Shown one piece after another: positions 57,850 through 64,000 of a stretch of 64,000 nt of DNA. How positions within the stretch are numbered: position 1 is the stretch's first letter; each line of letters begins with the position of its first letter. Source of the stretch: an uncultured Gallionellaceae bacterium (lineage in GTDB: Bacteria; Pseudomonadota; Gammaproteobacteria; Burkholderiales; Gallionellaceae); contig CAYZPM010000019.1 of NCBI GenBank assembly GCA_964480365.1, forward strand, positions 5,464 to 69,463. The letters run 5' to 3'. The notes beneath the pieces are model-generated. The model had not been told where the DNA came from, searched no databases, and saw only the letters and a program-made list of their open reading frames with translations. The position numbers and the translations under genes are program-made.

Positions 57850-57920
57850 CCTGATGAACTAACAAGCCATCTGACGAAGCACGGTGAAACATGCGCTAAG
57901 TAATTGGTTGATAGAATTAT
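57850..57920 (-). repeat. degenerate dispersed-repeat copy upstream of the GT41 cassette
   Basis: CTGATGAACTAACAAGCCATCTGACGAAG-cacggtgaaacatgcg-CTAAGTAATTGGTTGATAG aligns with the reverse complement of the family consensus, with several mismatches. Confidence 0.55.
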
Positions 57921-58082
57921 CGATATGGCTAAGCCATTTTCAGGTTGAAAGCGAACTCAAGTAATTCAGGGAGAATACGACGGCATACGCAAAAAATCCG
58001 GAAAATAAATGAATCCCCATGTTATGTTACGAAAATGTAAAATCGGTATTCACATACATAGCACAACACAAAGGAAATCAAA

Positions 58083-58379
58083 ATGGCTCTTGATTGGTTT
58101 GACGCAAACGATGCTGAAAATTTTGGTAAGTCTCTGGCTCAATTTTTCATCCAAAATATCCCTCTTCGCTCTGAAGGTGTACCCAATAATGCTCTCTCCA
58201 AACAATTTGAAACGGTAGACAAAATGTATCTCCAGATAGATCAGTTCAAAGCTGATCACAAGCTGAACATTTACAAAAAATCAAAGCTGGGAAGCGCCTT
58301 TAAATTTGAATTGGCCGCTGCAGGATACGAACCCACGTTCGTGGATCAGGTGACAAAAGGATTGATACAAAAACTCTGA
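58083..58379 (+). CDS. hypothetical 98-aa protein overlapping the start of the TPR-GT41 gene
   Basis: RBS is AAAGGAAATCAAA-ATG. Its stop overlaps the next ATG (TGATG at 58377-58381). No family recognised. Confidence 0.45.
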   Translation: MALDWFDANDAENFGKSLAQFFIQNIPLRSEGVPNNALSKQFETVDKMYLQIDQFKADHKLNIYKKSKLGSAFKFELAAAGYEPTFVDQVTKGLIQKL

Positions 58380-60913
58380 TGTTCGTTGGTAACATCTACC
58401 CCAAGACTGACATGCTTAATTGGCTCAAAACACTTTATCCACCCCCCCAAAAGATGCCATGTGAAACCGCCGTCGCTGGGTCGTCCAACGTACCCGCGAG
58501 ACAAACCGCAGTTCTGGATAAAAGCACAGCCTATAAAAACCTGGGTGACAAGTATTTGGAAGAGGGAAAACTCGATGGCGCGGAGGAAAGTTACCGGCAA
58601 GCGATTGCCATCAACCCAAATTTTGCGGAAGCCTATAACAATTTGGGGAATGCCTTAAGGGAACAAAAGCGATATGGGGAAGCAGAATATTGCTTCAAAC
58701 AAGCCATTTCGAAAAAGCCGGAGCTGTCCAATGCCTATTTCAACCTCGGATATATATTACAAGAACAAGGCAGGTTGAACGAGACAATAGAAAACTTCAC
58801 CAAAGGGCTTAAATTCAAACCGGATGCGGAAATTATTTACCGTGACCTGAGTTATGCGCTTTTTCAGTTGGGACAACATGAAGCGGCCAGACAGATAATT
58901 GCAAAAGGATTGGCGCTTAATCCCGGCTTTGCTGATTTCCATTTTTTTCTGGGGAATATGCACTGGCATGAAAATGAACTTGATAAAGCTGTCGTTTGTT
59001 ATCAGCAGGCGTTGTCAATTCAACCGGATTATGCAGATATCCATTCAAACTTGGGAAAAGTGTTTCAAGCGCAGGGGCGGCTGGACGAGGCCATAGCCTG
59101 TTTCCGCAAGGCGCTCGCGCTTAAACCGGATTTTGCCGAGACCTACGTTAATCTGGGAAACATACTCATGGAACAGGCAAAGCCGATTGAGGCCATTGCT
59201 TGCTATCAACAAGCACTCGTGATCAAGCCGGATGCAGCCGAGGTGTACTACAATTTGGGACTCACATCCAAAACTTATGGGAAATATAGTGACGCCATCG
59301 CCTATTATCAAAAAGCGGCGGAACTCAAACCGGATTTTGCCGACGCCTACTGCAATCTGGGGAATGTATTCTTTGAACAGGGCAAGCCGGATGAAGCTTT
59401 GGTTTGCTACCGCAAGGCGCTTGCGATTAAACCACACTTTGCTAACGCCTGGTATGGGATGGGCGTTACACACGTAGCGCAACAAAAAAATCTTGAGTCC
59501 GTTGCCTGTTTCCGGCAAACGCTGGAGCTTGAATCTGACCACTTTACTGCCAGGACGCAGATGTTGTATCAATTACAACACATGTGTGAATGGGATGATT
59601 TGGAAGAAAATGTTATTGCCGTGCGGCAGAAGGTTTTAGAACCTCACACTACAAGTAAAAACCTGCTTTCTCCTCTCGCATTTCTGGCCATCCCCGGCGC
59701 GACAGCAGAAGAGCAAAAGCTTTGCGCAGAGAGATGGACTCAAGGTAAATTTGAAGCTCTTGTTTCCCTCCGCAAAAAAATGGGGTTTGAATTTAATCGC
59801 ACTCCCGACAAAAGAATTTCGATTGGTTATATTTCTGCGGATTTCCGCCAACATCCTGTCTCATTCCTGATGGCGGAAGTATTTGAACTTCATGATCGTA
59901 GCCACTTCCATATCACCGCCTATTCCTATGGCCCGAATGATGGAAGCGCGATGCGAAAACGACTGGAAAAAGCCTTCGACAACTTCGTGGACATCCGGGA
60001 CAACCCTTACGAAGAGGCTGCCAAAAAAATCTACGCAGCCCACACTGACATCCTAGTGGATCTCACGGGCCATACCCAAGACAGCCGGAGCGGGATACTG
60101 GCCCTGCGTCCTGCGCCAATCCAGGTAAATTACTTGGGTTATCCCGGCACGATGGGGGCAGATTTTATTGACTACCTGATAGCGGATCAATTCACCATTC
60201 CGCCGGAAAAACGGCAGCATTACACGGAAAAAATCGCGTGGATGCCGGACTGCTTTCAGGCCAATGACCGCACCCGTCCAAGGCCCGCAGCACCGAGCCG
60301 CAAGGACTGCGGCTTGCCGGAAGAAAATATTGTATTCTGTTGCTTCAACCAGACAGCTAAAATAACGCCGGAAATGTTCGATATCTGGTGCCGGTTGTTA
60401 AGGGCTGTGCCCGGCAGCATATTGTGGCTGCCTGCTTGCAACCCGCAAGCGGAGGGAAACCTGCGGCGGGAAGCGGAGAACCGTGGGGTAGAAGCAGGAC
60501 GGCTCATCATGGCGCCCCTGCTGCACCGCGAAGAACACTTGACGCGGCTGCAATGCGCGGACTTGTTCCTGGATACACTCCCATTCAACGCTGGCACCAC
60601 TTGCAGCGATGCGCTTTGGATGGGATTGCCAGTGGTTACCTGTGCGGGAGATGCCTTCGCATCAAGAATGGCAGGAAGCCTGCTTACTGCCATAGGTGTT
60701 CCGGAATTGATTACTTACAGCCTGGATGATTATTACAACCTTGCGCTTGACTTGTCCACTGACAGGAAAAAGCTAGAGGCTATCCGCAGCAAGATCATTG
60801 CCAACCGAGACACGACGCCCCTGTTCGACAGTGTACGATTTACCCGTAATCTGGAAAAAGCTTATACTCAAATGTTGGAAGAGTATTCAAAAAAATCGGC
60901 ACCGTCCTTTTGA
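58379..60913 (+). CDS. TPR-repeat / GT41 (O-GlcNAc transferase, SPINDLY-like) glycosyltransferase
   Basis: About 10 TPR units (AEAYNNLGNAL, SNAYFNLGYIL, ADIHSNLGKVF, and others). Then a GT41-like catalytic region: IGYISADFRQHPV, ILVDLTGHT, VNYLGYPGTMGA, FCCFNQTAKITPE and DTLPFNAGTTCSDALWMGLPVVT. Confidence 0.85.
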   Translation: MFVGNIYPKTDMLNWLKTLYPPPQKMPCETAVAGSSNVPARQTAVLDKSTAYKNLGDKYLEEGKLDGAEESYRQAIAINPNFAEAYNNLGNALREQKRYGEAEYCFKQAISKKPELSNAYFNLGYILQEQGRLNETIENFTKGLKFKPDAEIIYRDLSYALFQLGQHEAARQIIAKGLALNPGFADFHFFLGNMHWHENELDKAVVCYQQALSIQPDYADIHSNLGKVFQAQGRLDEAIACFRKALALKPDFAETYVNLGNILMEQAKPIEAIACYQQALVIKPDAAEVYYNLGLTSKTYGKYSDAIAYYQKAAELKPDFADAYCNLGNVFFEQGKPDEALVCYRKALAIKPHFANAWYGMGVTHVAQQKNLESVACFRQTLELESDHFTARTQMLYQLQHMCEWDDLEENVIAVRQKVLEPHTTSKNLLSPLAFLAIPGATAEEQKLCAERWTQGKFEALVSLRKKMGFEFNRTPDKRISIGYISADFRQHPVSFLMAEVFELHDRSHFHITAYSYGPNDGSAMRKRLEKAFDNFVDIRDNPYEEAAKKIYAAHTDILVDLTGHTQDSRSGILALRPAPIQVNYLGYPGTMGADFIDYLIADQFTIPPEKRQHYTEKIAWMPDCFQANDRTRPRPAAPSRKDCGLPEENIVFCCFNQTAKITPEMFDIWCRLLRAVPGSILWLPACNPQAEGNLRREAENRGVEAGRLIMAPLLHREEHLTRLQCADLFLDTLPFNAGTTCSDALWMGLPVVTCAGDAFASRMAGSLLTAIGVPELITYSLDDYYNLALDLSTDRKKLEAIRSKIIANRDTTPLFDSVRFTRNLEKAYTQMLEEYSKKSAPSF

Positions 60914-60928
60914 AGAAAGAAATCAGCA

Positions 60929-61636
60929 ATGAGCATACTTCTCAGCTTACTCAAGGATATATTTTCCAACAAACCTACATCCGAGGAAATCAAGGCAATC
61001 CAATTACTATCATCTGCCGACGAAATCTTCCTCTCCAGTAAGAGAAAAGTGCTCAATGTAGGCGGGAACAACAAACTTATTGAGTTACCCCCGCAATATC
61101 ATGATTGGGAGCATGTTCTTTTGGATATTGATCCAAGGGGTACGCCGGATATTGTCTGTGATGCCCGCGAATTGACGCATCTGCCTCGTTCCCAGTTCGA
61201 CGCAGTTTACTGCTCACATAATTTGGAGCACTACTACCGGCATGATGCGGTCAAGGTACTGTCCGGGTTTCTCCATGTCCTCAAGGAGGATGGATTTGTC
61301 CATATCCGCGTGCCGGATATGGGGGAGTTAATGCGAACCGTGGTCCGGGATAATCTGGACATTGACAGCTTTCTTTATGAATCCCCTGCCGGGCCAATAA
61401 CCGTGCGTGATGTGATCTATGGTTATGCGGTGGAGATTGAGCGCAGCGGCAACGATTTCTTTGCCCATAAAACAGGATTTACGCAAAACTCGCTGGTTGC
61501 GATGCTTAAAGGATGCGGTTTCCCCTACGTTTACACGGGTTCCGGTAATCTGGAAGTTATAGCTTATGCGTTTAAGAATAAACCCAGTGAGTTTGCTTTA
61601 AAGCTTATGAATCTGGAAAAAAAGTTGTCCGGATGA
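60929..61636 (+). CDS. class I SAM-dependent methyltransferase
   Basis: VLNVGGNN (motif I-like), LLDIDP, CDARELTHL, FDAVYCSHNLEH and LKEDGFVHIRVPD. The last codons and the TGA stop lie inside a partial dispersed-repeat copy. Confidence 0.75.
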   Translation: MSILLSLLKDIFSNKPTSEEIKAIQLLSSADEIFLSSKRKVLNVGGNNKLIELPPQYHDWEHVLLDIDPRGTPDIVCDARELTHLPRSQFDAVYCSHNLEHYYRHDAVKVLSGFLHVLKEDGFVHIRVPDMGELMRTVVRDNLDIDSFLYESPAGPITVRDVIYGYAVEIERSGNDFFAHKTGFTQNSLVAMLKGCGFPYVYTGSGNLEVIAYAFKNKPSEFALKLMNLEKKLSG

Positions 61637-61694
61637 ACTAACCAGCCATCAAGGAATTCAGGGGTATCGCTACGGCACACGCGAACAAGAACTG
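61630..61694 (-). repeat. partial dispersed-repeat copy plus second shared module, downstream of the GT41 cassette
   Basis: CCGGATGAACTAACCAGCCATC matches CCTGATGAACTAACAAGCCATC at 57850. AATTCAGGGGTATCGCTACGGCACACGCGAACAA matches AATTCAGGGAGAATACGACGGCATACGCAAAAAA at 57964-57997. Confidence 0.55.
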
Positions 61695-61699
61695 ATACT

Positions 61700-63544
61700 C
61701 TATTTCTTGTTCTGCTCCCATCCTGCCATCATACAAGCCAACTTGACACCCAGACCCAGCTCACAACCTTTCTTCATTTGCTGTAACGCTTGCTCACGTT
61801 CATGCATGCCCATCAGCGACAGCCCCTTGCCGTAGTAAGCCCGCGCATCATCCGGCTTAAGTGCACTCTCCGCATCAAATTGCGCAAGCGCCTCCTGATA
61901 ATGCCCCGAACTTACATAAGCAATTCCCAACTGGTAGCGAAGCGATGCAAGTTGCGGACTAAGTGCAACTGCCCGTTGAAAATCTAAAATGGCGTCGTCC
62001 CATTTGTGCATACTCGCTTCAGCCTGCCCCCTACTATAGAAAATCCGATAAGCGCCCGGTTCCTGCTTGCTATGCAACAATTGTGCTGCATCGTTCCACA
62101 GGCGATAGTTGTCGGCAAACACCCATAAACGATTCCACGCCAGCGGTACGAGTAGCAGCACAATGAGCCCCATGCCTAGCAGTGTTCTATTGATGTTTCT
62201 CTTATCCCCTTCCCAACCATTTTCCTGGAGGTAACCAGCGACTAGGCTGCCGTCTTTGGGTAGCCTAGTCGAATGGCTAGTTGTTTTATCAGAGGAGGGT
62301 TTTTCTTCCCTCTCCCCGTTGAGAACGGATTGAGGGGGGGAATTTGTGACATCATTGCCATGTAATTTGGAAAGCCCACAAGCTCTGATGCCTGGCAACT
62401 TAGCCAGCAACAGCGGAAAAAACAGCATCATGCCCGGCATCCACAGATAACTGCGGTAAAGAACAAAGGGCTCCTGCACCCGAATGGCAGTGAACTCCAC
62501 CATGAACTGTAACCAGGGATACAGCAAAGCTAGTCCGACAATCCCCATCCACCTGGGTCGCAACAACAGCCAGCCGCCCAGAGCGCCATACGCCACAAAG
62601 CTGATCGTCCCCAGCCAGCCCTGCCATGCCAACCAAGAGGAAACAAAATACTCGCGCATATCCATCGACATCCAGGCAGGGTTGGGCAGCATCCACAACC
62701 ACAGGTATTTGAAAAACAACCCGGCTTGTGTCAGTGCGCTCAACCCGTGCAGCATAGATGTGCTCTCGACTATTCCATTTTGTTCGAGCGAACTGGCCGC
62801 CATGGGTTCATAGGGAACACCCGATACTCCCTTGGCGAGCGATATCACCCACAGTGCAATAGCGAGGAATGCAATCCCGGTTGACCATAACGCCCCTTTC
62901 CCTGCCGAGATTTTCGTGCGCAGTAGAATGGTCTGCGCCGCCAATAACGCAGGCAGCATTACGCTGTGTTCCTTGGAAAAACACGCCAAAAAATACGCGC
63001 CCACTGCTAACGCCAGCCAGCGTTTCTGCCCGGTCAACAGTCCGCGCAAATAGGCCAATTGCGCCACTAGGGAAAACAGCGTCGCCATCAGGATGCTGCG
63101 CTCAATCACATAGCCGACGGCATAAACCGCCACCGGGTGACAAGCAAAGATCAGAGCGCCAAACCATGCACCCCAAGTAACCGCCGATGAGTTTTTATTA
63201 TCGGCAATGACCGCGCCAACCACTCGGCGCAACAGAATAAATAGCAGGGTGACATTGGCTGCATGCAGCAGCAAGTTGCCCAGATGAAAAAAATGCGGCA
63301 CCGCATCGCTGAAAATGACTGAGGTCCAGCCCAAGCTGGCATAAGGCAGCCAACGCAGTTCAAATTGGAACAGCGAATGCGTATACTGTTTTTCCGGATT
63401 ACCTAAAAAGAAACTCAGATCATCGAATACGAACGGACTGCCGAGAAACGGCAAATAAACCAAACATACCGCCGCAAATAAGGAAAGTATCCAGCCACGG
63501 TCACGCCGGAGAAAGTAGCTCAGCAACTTTTCACGATAAGACAT
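61700..63544 (-). CDS. GT-C-fold-like polytopic membrane protein with C-terminal TPR domain (TMTC/PMT-like putative protein glycosyltransferase)
   Basis: About 10 hydrophobic helices. Acidic first-loop motif LGSPFVFDDLSF follows TM1, as in TMTC/PMT-type GT-C enzymes. C-terminal TPR units (YSRGQAE...AILDFQRAVALSP, YQLGIAYVS..., YYGKGLSL). Start 63544 is chosen because the extension to 63598 would include the pilin terminator. Confidence 0.7.
   Translation of the reverse strand: MSYREKLLSYFLRRDRGWILSLFAAVCLVYLPFLGSPFVFDDLSFFLGNPEKQYTHSLFQFELRWLPYASLGWTSVIFSDAVPHFFHLGNLLLHAANVTLLFILLRRVVGAVIADNKNSSAVTWGAWFGALIFACHPVAVYAVGYVIERSILMATLFSLVAQLAYLRGLLTGQKRWLALAVGAYFLACFSKEHSVMLPALLAAQTILLRTKISAGKGALWSTGIAFLAIALWVISLAKGVSGVPYEPMAASSLEQNGIVESTSMLHGLSALTQAGLFFKYLWLWMLPNPAWMSMDMREYFVSSWLAWQGWLGTISFVAYGALGGWLLLRPRWMGIVGLALLYPWLQFMVEFTAIRVQEPFVLYRSYLWMPGMMLFFPLLLAKLPGIRACGLSKLHGNDVTNSPPQSVLNGEREEKPSSDKTTSHSTRLPKDGSLVAGYLQENGWEGDKRNINRTLLGMGLIVLLLVPLAWNRLWVFADNYRLWNDAAQLLHSKQEPGAYRIFYSRGQAEASMHKWDDAILDFQRAVALSPQLASLRYQLGIAYVSSGHYQEALAQFDAESALKPDDARAYYGKGLSLMGMHEREQALQQMKKGCELGLGVKLACMMAGWEQNKK
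62226..62340 (+). repeat. dispersed-repeat copy embedded in frame inside the GT-C/TPR CDS
   Basis: GGTAACCAGCGACTAG-gctgccgtctttgggtag-CCTAGTCGAATGGCTAGTTGTTTTATCAGAGGAGGG...CCCTCTCC...GAGGGGGGG. On the coding strand it reads ...SPPQSVLNGEREEKPSSDKTTSHSTRLPKDGSLVAGYLQ... Confidence 0.85.
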
Positions 63545-63550
63545 AAATTC

Positions 63551-63585
63551 AAAGTTTAAAAAAACAAACCCCTCCAAAGAGGGGC
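63551..63585 (-). terminator. rho-independent terminator after the pilin gene
   Basis: On the minus strand: CCCCTC-tttg-GAGGGG followed by TTTGTTTTTTTAAAC. Confidence 0.7.
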
Positions 63586-63607
63586 TTGTGTTTGACATAC
63601 TTGCTGA

Positions 63608-64000
63608 TTATTTGCAAGAAAAATACTGTTGGAAGGTTGCTACAGTTACTTGACCGCAGCTATTGCTCCAAGTCATAGCAGTTGAACCCGGAATAGCCGT
63701 CATTCCCAACGTTTGACCATCGATTGTGGTAGCTTGGATGTTCGTCATGGTTACAGTCAATACGACTGTGGTTTGTGGTGTACCATCTATTTTTATCGTT
63801 GATAGATTGGGAGGCATGGATGGGTAATTCGATAAGCCCATCGAATTAATGATGTCATTGTTGCTGTTATCCACCTGCCCTTGGTTCGTAGTGGTTACAT
63901 TTGCAATACTATTCGGGAAAGATCCGTATGTCTGGTAATACATTCCCAGCGCCAATTTGAGAGGATCCATTGAGGATGCGATAGTAGACAGCTTGGCCTT
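63608..64000 (-). CDS. type IV pilin (C-terminal part; N-terminus beyond window end)
   Basis: The frame is open to nt 64000 (KAKLSTIASS-MDPLKLALGMYYQTYGSFPNS, the region typical just after the pilin alpha-1 helix). Ser/Thr/Asn-rich globular part. C-terminal disulfide loop is SNSCGQVTVATFQQYFSCK. Confidence 0.7.
   Translation of the reverse strand, partial: KAKLSTIASSMDPLKLALGMYYQTYGSFPNSIANVTTTNQGQVDNSNNDIINSMGLSNYPSMPPNLSTIKIDGTPQTTVVLTVTMTNIQATTIDGQTLGMTAIPGSTAMTWSNSCGQVTVATFQQYFSCK

Noticed and set aside
62334-62340. Other short homopolymers considered as phase-variation tracts: C7 in the GT-C gene, C7 at 58442-58448 in the GT41 gene, C7 at 1592-1598, and T8 at 21776-21783
   Set aside because: Seven to eight nucleotides is at or below the length where slippage becomes appreciable, and such runs are common. 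Only the 11-nt tract at 46162-46172 stands out.

Overview
64-kb chromosomal window that looks betaproteobacterial. Evidence: the gene order der-bamB-yfgM-hisS // ispG-rodZ-pilW-rlmN-ndk, PEP-CTERM proteins and a type IV pilin. All calls come from reading the sequence and ORF translations by eye; no searches were run. I call about 50 protein-coding genes and found no rRNA, tRNA or CRISPR array. The housekeeping backbone is glgX, trxB, glnB, nadE, rmuC, der, bamB, hisS, ispG, rlmN, ndk, rimO and an HU protein. It is interleaved with signalling genes: two PAS hybrid histidine kinases, three GGDEF proteins and two HDOD paralogues. It also carries exported or PEP-CTERM proteins and several accessory insertions. 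Observations most worth follow-up: (1) A dispersed repeat family with core CTAGTCGAATGGCTAGT has at least 5 clear copies. One is translated in frame inside a GT-C/TPR membrane glycosyltransferase-like gene next to the pilin gene, one lies in the 5' part of an ATP-grasp ORF, and one supplies the stop codon of a methyltransferase. (2) An 11-nt poly-C tract occupies codons 3-7 of a hybrid histidine kinase, making it a candidate slipped-strand phase-variation switch. (3) A DUF3443-type lipoprotein carries two D-T/S-G-S motifs plus a GILGVG motif in pepsin-like order. (4) A pilin - TMTC-like GT-C/TPR - methyltransferase - TPR-GT41 locus may be a protein-glycosylation system. (5) An AT-richer island between smr and glnB encodes a signal-less trypsin-like protease, a secreted MORN protein with a 48-bp tandem-repeat tail, and a DEDDh exonuclease. 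(6) The deeply conserved der...ndk block is split by a 3.7-kb insertion, and its ispG-ndk part is bracketed by paralogous HDOD genes, one fused to and one split from a GGDEF cyclase.
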